Shown: positions 10,702-19,787 of the stretch, one piece after another
Layout of the letters: each line of letters begins with the position of its first letter
How positions within the stretch are numbered: the stretch's first letter is position 1
Made by a program: the position numbers and the translations under genes
Origin: a virus
Lineage: Duplodnaviria; Caudoviricetes
IMG/VR virus record: IMGVR_UViG_3300043811_000165
Coordinates: 1 to 59,868 of that record
Reading direction: 5' to 3' (one strand)
DNA: 59,868 nucleotides
The notes under the pieces: generated by a model
Seen by the model: the letters and a program-made list of their open reading frames with translations, nothing else
Database searches by the model: none
Told to the model about the DNA's origin: nothing

Positions 10702-10974
10702 ATGGACATGAAAACCTTCAACTTCGCCGATGTTCCGCAATTCGCGTTTGACCGGCTGATTGAACAGGTGAAAGGTCACGGGGTCGAATTCTTCGCGTCC
10801 AGATCCGGTAATGAGATTCTGGGAACCTTCCGATCCGATGCGGGCGCCGGATCGTTCGCTTACGACGGCCAGCGATTGAGCGTGACGATTATTCACGATC
10901 GGGGAGATTTTCCTTCGCTGATGATCACAGGCGGGCTCCGTCAGCTCGTTCAGGAAGCGGTAGAGCGAGTGTGA
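10702..10974 (+). CDS. Hypothetical protein
   Basis: ORF track; co-oriented with neighbours. Confidence 0.55.
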   Translation: MDMKTFNFADVPQFAFDRLIEQVKGHGVEFFASRSGNEILGTFRSDAGAGSFAYDGQRLSVTIIHDRGDFPSLMITGGLRQLVQEAVERV

Positions 10975-11146
10975 AGCGGTTACTCAACATTCTGCGTCTC
11001 GTTCTGTTTTCTCCGTGGTTTATCGCAATCTGGATCATTTACGTGAGCCGGATCGTGTGGATTGTGGTGGAGATGAAAATCATGAATTGGCCTCATCGCA
11101 GTTCGATCTTCGCGCGGAGTTCGCCCCGTTCGACCAGGAGTGGCTT

Positions 11147-11371
11147 GTGAGCAATCCAGACGATGATCGCAGGCACGATCCAGTCAAGCCCGAGCACTAT
11201 CAGGGAGATTACGTCATGCGGATCATCGAAGATTTTAAATTGGATTTCCTCAGCGGAACCGTCATCAAATATATTCTGCGCGCTGGCAATAAACCGGGTG
11301 ATTCAACTGTTCAGGATTTAAAGAAGGCGAGATGGTACATCGATCGCAAGATCTCGAATCTGGAACAATGA
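11147..11371 (+). CDS. DUF3310-type phage protein
   Basis: DPVKPEHY...F..G.VIKYILRAG.K....QDLKKARWYIDR; GTG after the repeat RBS. Confidence 0.85.
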   Translation: MSNPDDDRRHDPVKPEHYQGDYVMRIIEDFKLDFLSGTVIKYILRAGNKPGDSTVQDLKKARWYIDRKISNLEQ

Positions 11372-11604
11372 CTCCCGGAAAAGATGGACGAGCCTTCGAC
11401 ATGGAACGATGGCTAAGATGGGCGTCTAATCCAACTTCGCGTCCCCGGTTGAAGTTCAATCGCGAACAGGAGCCCGTCGCCCGAGGAATCGCAAATAGGA
11501 AAACCATGAAACGGAGCGGCAATATCCGCAAACCCTGTCCTGATTGCGGAAGGATGAATCATATTTCGCAAAAAGTATGTAAATGCGGGCGTTCGATGAA
11601 ATAG
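11368..11604 (+). CDS. Small basic Zn-ribbon protein
   Basis: CPDC...CKC; ATGA overlap. Confidence 0.5.
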   Translation: MTPGKDGRAFDMERWLRWASNPTSRPRLKFNREQEPVARGIANRKTMKRSGNIRKPCPDCGRMNHISQKVCKCGRSMK

Positions 11605-11714
11605 TGTTCCTCCTGGTCGAACGCGATCAAGGCCGCGCGCGGCCTCAAGTACCATTGAGGCCAAAACAAAATCGGTACTACCCTTAAAATCAAACTTCTG
11701 ATACACTCGCTTCC

Positions 11715-12335
11715 ATGGCATTAGGACTCACCTTCTCAAACGGCAAACCGGCTTCGATGGCCCGCGGTAAATACCAGACGCGTAACAACCGGCTGGTGGA
11801 AATCACCGGGCATCGCACAGTCTCAGGAAGCACAGGAACTGTCTCCTGGACCAAAGTCGTTTGGGATGGAGTGCTGTACCAGGGCGATCAGAAAACGGTC
11901 GAATCACATGCCACCTGGTCGAATGAAGGCGGGTATCTGCATCAGGAAGGGGTAGGGAACCAACTCGACTTGATGACAGTGATTACGCAGGAGGTGGAGC
12001 CCGAGCCGGCGGCATTCCATAATGATCCCGCAATTCTCGAACATCAGATCGTGCTCGCGGCATTATGCAAGGACTTGATTCGGCAACAGGTCGATCAGGA
12101 AAATGTGGTCGAAACATTGAAGCGCATCATCGACGAACGGGACCGCGCGGAAAGCGAACCTACCGAAGTTGCGGAGAAAGCACATGCGTTCGATGAACTG
12201 CTGCTCATTCTCTCCGAGCAGGCAGGAACGGAACATGCAGGCGAACATCCAAGCATAACTCTCCAGCGCATCATTGGACAACGGGATACGGCACAGCGTC
12301 AGGTTGCGGCGCTTCTCAAAACTCCGGTAGTCTGA
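11715..12335 (+). CDS. Hypothetical protein
   Basis: 206 aa ORF between repeats. Confidence 0.7.
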   Translation: MALGLTFSNGKPASMARGKYQTRNNRLVEITGHRTVSGSTGTVSWTKVVWDGVLYQGDQKTVESHATWSNEGGYLHQEGVGNQLDLMTVITQEVEPEPAAFHNDPAILEHQIVLAALCKDLIRQQVDQENVVETLKRIIDERDRAESEPTEVAEKAHAFDELLLILSEQAGTEHAGEHPSITLQRIIGQRDTAQRQVAALLKTPVV

Positions 12336-12429
12336 TTTTATGTCGGCCTCATCGCAGTCGGGTGCTTCGTCTGAAGTTGGGAGCGCTCGACCAGGAGAGG
12401 GGCTTTCTGGACTCGACAAAGTAAAACGA

Positions 12430-12999
12430 ATGATGGTGAACGGGTGCGTTTTCTGTTCATCGGCCGCGATTGAAGGTTCAACGTTTTGTCGAGAGCATTT
12501 GTGGATTGAAGTAAAAGACGGCAATCTTCAAGCGCGGGAATTATTCGGACGACACTACACCTACCGGAAAAGTCGTGACCAGATATCGCTATTCTGGCAG
12601 CGGAACCGCAATTACAATCTGATCGCCGGTCCTGGTGAAAAACTCCTACTGTTAAACCCTCAGGCTCTGTTCGTTTGGCGGAAGTTTATCAGCATGGACC
12701 ATCAGGAAGGCGTCAATTGTGCAGTGTTCCGCAACGAAGGACCGGTGCTTTCGTCGGAACTGATTCGCGAAGCTGATCGGATTGCGTGGCAGCGTTGGCC
12801 CGGCGAACGACTGTACATCTACGTCGATGCGAACAAGACCCGACGCAAACGGGACCCCGGCCGCTGCTTTCTTCGAGCAGGTTGGAATTATTGTGGTACG
12901 ACTCTGAAGGGTCTTCTGATTCTGGAAATCAAACCAGAACCTCTCCTGGTCGGGCGCTCTACGCCCCACGAAGCCGCGAAGCCGACGGAGGCCAAATAA
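12430..12999 (+). CDS. Phage protein, possibly Mom-like/GNAT-fold DNA modification enzyme (start uncertain)
   Basis: RHY..GPGEKLLL..CAVFRNEG..LSSELI..YVD..PGRCFLRAGW pattern. Confidence 0.5.
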   Translation: MMVNGCVFCSSAAIEGSTFCREHLWIEVKDGNLQARELFGRHYTYRKSRDQISLFWQRNRNYNLIAGPGEKLLLLNPQALFVWRKFISMDHQEGVNCAVFRNEGPVLSSELIREADRIAWQRWPGERLYIYVDANKTRRKRDPGRCFLRAGWNYCGTTLKGLLILEIKPEPLLVGRSTPHEAAKPTEAK

Positions 13000-13661
13000 T
13001 GCTAATAGGCTTAGCCTCAACCCCCTCCATCCAGCAAATGATCATCACCGCCGCAAACCAGTACGGCGTACCTCCCTCGATCGCTCTTGGAATCGCAGCG
13101 CACGAATCCGGATTCAATCCCAACGCCACCAACGTCAATCCAGCGACATCTACAAGTCCGTCGACCACAGACTACGGTGTGATGCAGTTGAACACATCCG
13201 TTTTGCAGACTTACGGACTCACCCCGGCACAGGCCTACGATCCCCAAACAAACATCGACACGGCGATGCAGTTGCTAGGAGGCTACATTTCGAAGTACGG
13301 TAACATCGACACGGCATTGCAGGCCTATGCGTCAGGACCGGGCACGGTGGCCTCTGGCGCGGCGCCCAACGCGACGGCGGCAAGTTTTATATCCTGCGTA
13401 ACAGCATATCCGAATTGTCCAGGAGTCGCACAGCCGGATCCCAGTATCCTCGCGTCATTGTCCGATTCGTCGGATTCTTCTGCGGGAACAGTTACAACGG
13501 CATCGATGCCCGGCTCGGATATATTCACAACTGCATTCACTGATCTGGGAGCTGCGTTTTCCTCAGGCGACTTCTCGGGGATGTCTGGATCTGACTGGCT
13601 GGTAATTGGTGGGGGGGTGGCGTTGGTGGTGTTTCTGGGGTTTAAGGTTGCGAGGGGTTGA
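12999..13661 (+). CDS. Lytic transglycosylase (SLT) with C-terminal membrane anchor
   Basis: AANQYGV..IAAHESGFNPNA..DYGVMQL..DPQTNI..ALQAY; C-terminal TM plus basic tail. Confidence 0.9.
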   Translation: MLIGLASTPSIQQMIITAANQYGVPPSIALGIAAHESGFNPNATNVNPATSTSPSTTDYGVMQLNTSVLQTYGLTPAQAYDPQTNIDTAMQLLGGYISKYGNIDTALQAYASGPGTVASGAAPNATAASFISCVTAYPNCPGVAQPDPSILASLSDSSDSSAGTVTTASMPGSDIFTTAFTDLGAAFSSGDFSGMSGSDWLVIGGGVALVVFLGFKVARG

Positions 13662-13671
13662 TGGGTTAGCC

Positions 13672-13944
13672 TCAGTCGGATTGAGGATTCGCGTCAGTGG
13701 TTGAGCGTTCGACCAGGAGGGGTTTTAGCAGACCACCGGCCACCAACCGCCCGTACGCTTCCTTATACTTCGACTCCGCGCGCGGGTACGATTTATCGGA
13801 AACCATCAGAATAGGTTCCATCGCCGTGTCGCTAACATAGCCGAAGAGTTGCCAGCCGGTATCGAACAGGAGCACATGCGGTTCCAGCAGCGGGCAGGCG
13901 GCGCGGAGGAGCTGGCACTTCACGTTGTATTCTTCGATGGTCAC
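13672..13944 (-). CDS. Hypothetical protein
   Basis: Ends inside a repeat (LLVERS...). Confidence 0.55.
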   Translation of the reverse strand: MTIEEYNVKCQLLRAACPLLEPHVLLFDTGWQLFGYVSDTAMEPILMVSDKSYPRAESKYKEAYGRLVAGGLLKPLLVERSTTDANPQSD

Positions 13945-14285
13945 TCGGAATAGACCTTCACTCCCATTAATTGCACAATGAAGCGCGGCCGTTTCCTACC
14001 GATGTTTAGATCGTCAGGCAACGAGACGGCAAAGCGGATGACCTCGGATGGTCCGTATAATTTTGCGGGCACCAATGGCCACGGGAATTCGTCGAGATTT
14101 ATCCAGTGCAATTGAAGGTCGCAGAATTTGAAGCGAATCGGCCCGGTTGTCGTCGTATGGTGAATGGCCTGCAATTCGTAGGGCGCATCGGCGTCGATAG
14201 TGATGTCGAACTGAACCTGTCGGTTAATCCGGTTTGTGAAGTTACCCTCACAAGTGTAGAAATGATGATGTCGGAGGGTGCTCAT
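13941..14285 (-). CDS. Divergent paralog of the small capsid-like protein 43429..43878
   Basis: ITIDADAPYEL/SIQTDADFYL, PAKLYGPSEVI/PAHLFPAGSKI, LMGVKVY/FKGIKLY. Confidence 0.6.
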   Translation of the reverse strand: MSTLRHHHFYTCEGNFTNRINRQVQFDITIDADAPYELQAIHHTTTTGPIRFKFCDLQLHWINLDEFPWPLVPAKLYGPSEVIRFAVSLPDDLNIGRKRPRFIVQLMGVKVYSE

Positions 14286-14764
14286 GCGGCCCTCTGCTGG
14301 CCGATCAGCACCGTGATCGCGAGGCACTTGATAGATTCCTCGGAGAACCTCACGGTGTAGCCAATCGCCGTTCCATACTGCTCCGCTTCCTTCGCCGCCG
14401 CAATCGCGGTCTTCAGCGCGGCTTCAAGTTGCGTCGTGACGTGCGCTGGCTTGCGCTCTGGCGCGGCTGAAGCGTTCGCCGGGACTTCGGCGGGCTTGCG
14501 CTCTACCTTCCAGTCAAAACCACGCTGGCCGTTGCGCGTGGCCTTTGTGAGCAGGAACGGCTGGCCGGGCGCGAGGGTGAGGGACTGGATTTCCTTGCCC
14601 ACTTCGAGCGGCACGTACATGCGGGAGTGGTTTGCGAGCGAGAACAGCATTTGCGGGCCGTAGTTGCCGCGCACTTCGATGCCGTTGGGGGAGGCCAAGG
14701 TAATTTCGTGCGTTACGTTCGGCTCTGGTTTGAAGATGGACGAATTGGGAGTGGAGGCGGTCAT
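14282..14764 (-). CDS. Hypothetical protein
   Basis: ATG after a repeat RBS; 160 aa. Confidence 0.7.
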   Translation of the reverse strand: MTASTPNSSIFKPEPNVTHEITLASPNGIEVRGNYGPQMLFSLANHSRMYVPLEVGKEIQSLTLAPGQPFLLTKATRNGQRGFDWKVERKPAEVPANASAAPERKPAHVTTQLEAALKTAIAAAKEAEQYGTAIGYTVRFSEESIKCLAITVLIGQQRAA

Positions 14765-15297
14765 GCTTTGGCCTCCGTCGGCTCTTGCGGCTTCGTGGGG
14801 CTTTGTTCCGCCCGACCAGGAGAGGTTTGGAGTTGTCCCTGTGCTTTGAAGATCACGGCTGTGGCTTTGGCGACCAGCGCGAGGCCTTTTGGATCATCTC
14901 CGACGTAGGCATGTGCAAACGCGGTCATCGTCTGTAGGGATTCCAGCAGCTCCGGCGCGGCGGCGATCAGGTGGGCGTTTGCGATTTCATCCGGCTCCCA
15001 GTCTTCGAGCGCGGGACCGATTTCGCAAATAGTGAAGCCGAAGGAGTTGAGTATCTCTACTTCAACTTCGGCGTCGAATTGTCCCTCGATGCGCCAGGGT
15101 CCAAGTGTATGCGACGGCATTATGCGGCCTCCCGTTCTTCCATCCCCAGAATGGCTTCGTAGCGGTTGATCTGAACGCGCAGCGTGCGGAGTTGCATGTT
15201 TCGCGAAGTTCAGTTGTGAGCGCAGGCTTTTGATGTCCAAATGCAGATCGTCTATTTCCCGCGCTGTTTCCAGTTTGTCGATGGTGGCTTGTTCCAT
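14761..15297 (-). CDS. Phage protein of the HT.GPW...ANAHLIAAAPELLE type
   Basis: Motif common in phage accessory proteins; true start may be 15120. Confidence 0.65.
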   Translation of the reverse strand: MEQATIDKLETAREIDDLHLDIKSLRSQLNFAKHATPHAARSDQPLRSHSGDGRTGGRIMPSHTLGPWRIEGQFDAEVEVEILNSFGFTICEIGPALEDWEPDEIANAHLIAAAPELLESLQTMTAFAHAYVGDDPKGLALVAKATAVIFKAQGQLQTSPGRAEQSPTKPQEPTEAKA

Positions 15298-15500
15298 GAA
15301 TCAATTATCCACAGTGGATAAGTGTGTGGAAATAGATCGGGAGTACTGAAAGAGAAGGAGAAATGCCTTATGGCGTTCTAGGTACTTCCGGTTCATCAGT
15401 TCGCTTCTCATAGCAGGTTTGGCAGATTCCGGGACGCACCTTCGCTTCTTTTGAGACTGGTTTTCGTTTGTCGCAGTCGCGGCAGATGAAGTGGTAGGTT

Positions 15501-16067
15501 TTATTTTTCTTTGGCCTCATCGGAGTTCTCGACTTCGCCGGGTTGTGGTGCGTTCGACATGGGCGATTCGGCGGCTTCGTCCGATTCTTCCATCCGGGTT
15601 TGGATATAGGTCAGACGCCGTTTTGCCTCATCCAATTGAACTTCGGTCAACGGCCGCATCATTGCCATGGCCGCGCCGAACGCGTAGTTTTCTTTCTCGC
15701 TCAATTGGTCCATCGCCGCAACCGCCTCCTCAAGACGCTGCACCTGAAGTTGCGCGGCCATCAGGTCTTCAACGCTCGGCTTGGGCGGTTTCCACGAAGA
15801 GCCATGTTCGCGCTGTTTGAGCATCTGGGCAAGGTGATATTCCACGCCTTCACAAAGAAAATCCCGTAACGCGCCGTGAAATTGTTCGAGTACGGTCCCG
15901 ACGTTTTCAAGCCCCATCCGGTCAATCGCCGTCTGGTGGATAAAGCAGGGCATGACGCGCCATGTCGATTCCGCGAGCCGTTCCCGTAATTTGATCGCTT
16001 CCCGGCAGTGCTTCTCTTGGGCGTCGAAGTCCGGAGACTGCGGATAAAATTCTGCTCCTTCGATCAT
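15501..16067 (-). CDS. Hypothetical cargo protein
   Basis: ATG after the AGGAGG of a repeat; ends EAKEK at the closing repeat. Confidence 0.65.
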   Translation of the reverse strand: MIEGAEFYPQSPDFDAQEKHCREAIKLRERLAESTWRVMPCFIHQTAIDRMGLENVGTVLEQFHGALRDFLCEGVEYHLAQMLKQREHGSSWKPPKPSVEDLMAAQLQVQRLEEAVAAMDQLSEKENYAFGAAMAMMRPLTEVQLDEAKRRLTYIQTRMEESDEAAESPMSNAPQPGEVENSDEAKEK

Positions 16068-16157
16068 AAACCCCTCCTGGTCGAACGCTCGAAATCCGAC
16101 GTGAAACCACATGCCGGATGAGGCCAAAAAATAATTGTTTCGCTTTTCACACCATCC

Positions 16158-16439
16158 ATGGTATACAGGTATACAGATTTAAGCAAGACGATATTTTGGC
16201 CTCATCGGGCTCTCGAGTCTTCGAAAGAGTTTTGGAGCGTTCGACCAGGAGAGGGACTGAAGGAAAACCGATTGCCGGAACCGACCGTTCAAGCAACATT
16301 CAACATGCCTCCCGAGCTGTACGAACGCCTGAAGGCGCAAGCTGCAACCGAGGGCACGTCGATGCGCGAGATTATGGAAAACGCGTTGAAAAGTTATTTC
16401 GCTCAAGCTGAGAACGGGTCGCAGGAGCGCGGCGCATGA
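16158..16439 (+). CDS. Ribbon-helix-helix DNA-binding protein (start uncertain)
   Basis: ATFNMPPELYERLKAQAATEGTSMREIMENALKSY. Confidence 0.75.
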   Translation: MVYRYTDLSKTIFWPHRALESSKEFWSVRPGEGLKENRLPEPTVQATFNMPPELYERLKAQAATEGTSMREIMENALKSYFAQAENGSQERGA

Positions 16440-16663
16440 TCCTGAACGTAGCGCAATACGCGATTTCCAATTCGCAAAAACGAAAGCCTTCGATTCCCAA
16501 GAAACAATATCCGTATCAGGGGCAAATGTTCAACATCGTGGAACTCTCGAACATCACCAGAATTCTTCCTGCGACGATAAAAGATCGCATGTATCGTCAG
16601 CGAATGACGATGGATCAGGCTCTAGAACTTGGAGTCAGAGGTCGCGGAGGCCGAAATGGTTGA
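16436..16663 (+). CDS. Small HTH-like DNA-binding protein
   Basis: YQGQMFNIVELS..ATIKDRM..MTMDQAL. Confidence 0.55.
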   Translation: MILNVAQYAISNSQKRKPSIPKKQYPYQGQMFNIVELSNITRILPATIKDRMYRQRMTMDQALELGVRGRGGRNG

Positions 16664-17813
16664 GCACGTTTTGCAACATCCGGATGTGCATCGGCCTTGG
16701 GCTTCGTGGTCCGAAGACCAAACCCTCCACGTCGCCGTCTGCTACTCAAATCCCTTCCGCTGGAGAACGCGCCGCGAACTCGCAAACGACTGCATCCGGC
16801 ACCTGGCAGGATCGGCCAACGTAAAACTCTATATCGGAGAACTGGCCTACGGCGCGCGGCCGTTCGAAGTGACGGAGGGTCAACCCTACCAACCGGAACC
16901 TGAGTACGATCCAGCCGATGGTTACCGACAGTATGAAGCCAAACGCCGCCGCAATCCGCGAACGCGCGGGATAACCAACATCCAACTGCGCACGACCTGT
17001 GAACTCTTCCACAAGGAAAACATCCTCAACCGGGTGATTCAGCAATTCCCGGCCAACTGGAAGTACGGTGCCTACGTGGATGCGGACTTCCACCTGACGC
17101 GCCACGACTGGGCGCTCGAAACTATTCATCAGCTGCAGCACTACGATTTCGTGCAGCCTTTCAGCACGTACACTGATCTCTCAGGAGAAACCTATGGAAC
17201 CGGACATCTCCCGCTCCGGCACAATGCCAGCTTCGCCTTCACCTACGTGCAAAACGGCTACCGTCTGTCTGCGGGTTTCAGCAATGGTGGATGGAGAACT
17301 CCGGCAGGAGCGGATCATTATTACGGGGCCATTGCTGGACCACGAGGAGTGGGGGCAACTGGCGGAATGTGGGCCTTCCGAAGAACAGCTTTCGATACGG
17401 TTGGTGGCCTGCTCGATAAGTGTATCTTGGGTCACGGTGACTGGTTCATGACCTTCGGTCTGGTGGGCGAAGAGGCCCCGGACATGCATATCGACGGCTA
17501 CACGGACGATTACCGGAAAGCGATTGTCGCCTGGCAGAACAATGCGGCGAAGCTCAAAAAGAACATCGGGTACGTGGACTGCCACGCGATCCACCACTTT
17601 CACGGCTCGAAAACGAAACGGGCATACTCCAGCCGGGATCAGATCTTAGTGCGAAACAAGTTTGCACCGACCACGGACCTGCGGCCGGATTACCAGGGAA
17701 TTTATCAGTTGACGGCGGATAAGCCGGCGCTGAGGGATGACATCAGGCGGTACTTTATTTCAAGGTCAGAGGACGATCCGAATTTGTATGGAAGCGAGGG
17801 GTCGTTGGTCTGA
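16656..17813 (+). CDS. Putative GT-A fold glycosyltransferase
   Basis: FHKENILN..YVDAD DxD motif, GGMWAFRR, HHFHG. Confidence 0.65.
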   Translation: MVEHVLQHPDVHRPWASWSEDQTLHVAVCYSNPFRWRTRRELANDCIRHLAGSANVKLYIGELAYGARPFEVTEGQPYQPEPEYDPADGYRQYEAKRRRNPRTRGITNIQLRTTCELFHKENILNRVIQQFPANWKYGAYVDADFHLTRHDWALETIHQLQHYDFVQPFSTYTDLSGETYGTGHLPLRHNASFAFTYVQNGYRLSAGFSNGGWRTPAGADHYYGAIAGPRGVGATGGMWAFRRTAFDTVGGLLDKCILGHGDWFMTFGLVGEEAPDMHIDGYTDDYRKAIVAWQNNAAKLKKNIGYVDCHAIHHFHGSKTKRAYSSRDQILVRNKFAPTTDLRPDYQGIYQLTADKPALRDDIRRYFISRSEDDPNLYGSEGSLV

Positions 17814-17880
17814 TGATCTGGCCTCAGTCAGCATCGGTCTTGCGTGTGGACGCTCTACCGTTCGAACAGGAGATGTGTTT

Positions 17881-18237
17881 GTGAAATACCGAAAGAAGCC
17901 GGTTGTGATCGAGGCTATTCCATGTAAAGCGGCGATTCAGCACGCTGGGTCAAATTGGAAAGTATTGCCGAAGTGGTTTCGCGATGCCTACGAAAAAGGT
18001 GGTATGGTCATCGCACATAACGCCATCATCATTCCCACGCTTGAAGGAAAACTGAGAGCCGATCCTGACGACATGATCATCTGCGGCGTGAAGGGTGAAT
18101 TGTATCCTTGCAAACCCGACATTTTTGCAGCAACCTATGAAACCATCGCAATTGAAAGCGAAGGTTTATCTCAAATGGTCGCTGTCGAGAACTCTGAAGC
18201 CGAACAAGTCGAAAAACAGAACGAGGCCAAACCATAA
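17881..18237 (+). CDS. Conserved phage protein (YRKKPVVIEA / PGDYG-like family), cassette cargo
   Basis: KYRKKPVVIEA..IPTLEG..DDMIICGVKGELYPCKPDIFAATYE. Confidence 0.85.
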   Translation: MKYRKKPVVIEAIPCKAAIQHAGSNWKVLPKWFRDAYEKGGMVIAHNAIIIPTLEGKLRADPDDMIICGVKGELYPCKPDIFAATYETIAIESEGLSQMVAVENSEAEQVEKQNEAKP

Positions 18238-18488
18238 TGCGAAACATTTCCACAGTAATCAACCAAATCCTACTCATCCTGGCAGGAGCAACCATTCAGC
18301 CAGCAGATCAGGACAACATCACTACGTTGCAAGCCGAACTGCGGATCATTCTGCGGCGCGCAGCTTACAACCCGCCGGAGGCCGGGAACGTGCTTTGGCT
18401 GTCTCTGGCAACCACTCTCTATCGGTATCTGCCTCCAGCTTCAGGCGGCGGTTATCCCGCGCAGATCTCGGCCATCGTCACGCAATGA
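18237..18488 (+). CDS. Hypothetical protein
   Basis: TAATG coupling to the upstream gene. Confidence 0.55.
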   Translation: MRNISTVINQILLILAGATIQPADQDNITTLQAELRIILRRAAYNPPEAGNVLWLSLATTLYRYLPPASGGGYPAQISAIVTQ

Positions 18489-18751
18489 ACCGGGTCGTCA
18501 TTACTTTGTGGGTCGGAGCCGCAATCCTGATCGGTTGCGCAGTCGGGACATGTTTTCCCGCGGATCAGGAATACGCGCTGGCGCTCGCGAGCCCCGATAA
18601 ACCCACCGTGATGATTGGTATTGTTGCGGTGGGGCTGAACAAGGTGCAAGCCGAAGGCGCGGCAGTGCAGTTGAACAGAACGTTCGAGAAACAGTCAATA
18701 CCTGTGGTCGTGTGCGCACGGCCACGGATTGACATTGGAAATTACAAGTAG
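18485..18751 (+). CDS. Hypothetical exported/membrane protein
   Basis: ATGA overlap; N-terminal hydrophobic segment. Confidence 0.5.
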   Translation: MNRVVITLWVGAAILIGCAVGTCFPADQEYALALASPDKPTVMIGIVAVGLNKVQAEGAAVQLNRTFEKQSIPVVVCARPRIDIGNYK

Positions 18752-18821
18752 GACGATGGGTTGGCCTCATCGGGCTTGCGGCTTCGCGGGTACGGTGTAG
18801 CGTTCGACCAGGAGAGGGATT

Positions 18822-19136
18822 TTGCGATATCGAAGACGGCGGCGGATTGCCAAACTCACGGATGAACAGAAGATGCTCGAATACTATGCGGATCGCGCCG
18901 GTATCCGAGCCTCGGTAATAGTCATCGGCGTTGCAGAATCCTTCCGTAGACTTGATTCTTCGAAAGACCTGGAACTTCTGCAATCGATCGTTGATAACGA
19001 TCTCGAACCTGCAATAAAGTTGTCCGAACGCACTCAAGCCGATCTTGAAGCCTCGTTCAGCAAACGATCCAAACCTTCTCCTGGTCGAACGGTAAAGACC
19101 AAACGCGCAGCCAAAAAGCCGATTGAGGCCAAATAA
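18822..19136 (+). CDS. Hypothetical cargo protein
   Basis: TTG after the repeat RBS; ends EAK. Confidence 0.55.
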   Translation: MRYRRRRRIAKLTDEQKMLEYYADRAGIRASVIVIGVAESFRRLDSSKDLELLQSIVDNDLEPAIKLSERTQADLEASFSKRSKPSPGRTVKTKRAAKKPIEAK

Positions 19137-19673
19137 ATGAAACTACTCTACCAACTCACTCTGATTTCCACCATCATCACAACTCTTTTCACTTCCGGCT
19201 GTTCCACCGGAGGCCTACCGACTACTCTTGCCGTCATCTCCGACGCTTGTGAAGCGGCAACAATTGCAATTCCCCTTCTCGAAGCGTCGGGCGTTGTTCC
19301 TTCAGGGATAGGCAACATTGTGCTTGCCTACACTGGAGCCGTAAGCGATGCGGCCTCGAAGTCGTCCGCAGAGTTGCTCACGACGGACACGGCCGCAGAA
19401 AAGGCCACAAAGATCACGAGTTATTTCGCCTCGGTTGCGGTGCCGGCGCTCGGACCCACGGTTGGACCTGAAGTGCAGGCGCTGGTGAACGCGATCGCCT
19501 CCGCAGTGAATCTCTTCCTGACGCAATTCGACAGCCCGTCGGCTAAGAAGGTGCTCGCGAGTCCCGCAGCGGATCATCTGAAATTGTCGATGGGGGATCG
19601 TCACGCGTTGGGCGGTTTAGAAAAGAAGTTCGTGGCGACGTCGGCGAAGGCGAAGGGGTTGATTAAGCAGTAG
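19137..19673 (+). CDS. Putative lipoprotein
   Basis: Signal peptide ending FTSG-C (lipobox-like). Confidence 0.65.
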   Translation: MKLLYQLTLISTIITTLFTSGCSTGGLPTTLAVISDACEAATIAIPLLEASGVVPSGIGNIVLAYTGAVSDAASKSSAELLTTDTAAEKATKITSYFASVAVPALGPTVGPEVQALVNAIASAVNLFLTQFDSPSAKKVLASPAADHLKLSMGDRHALGGLEKKFVATSAKAKGLIKQ

Positions 19674-19787
19674 AATTTGTATGTCGGCCTCATCGAACAG
19701 AGGGTGGTGGTCTCGATTCGCTAAGAGCACTTTGTGCTCTAAAGCGTTGTTTTGGCAGTGCGCTCTGGTATGTGCTAGATTGTCGGC

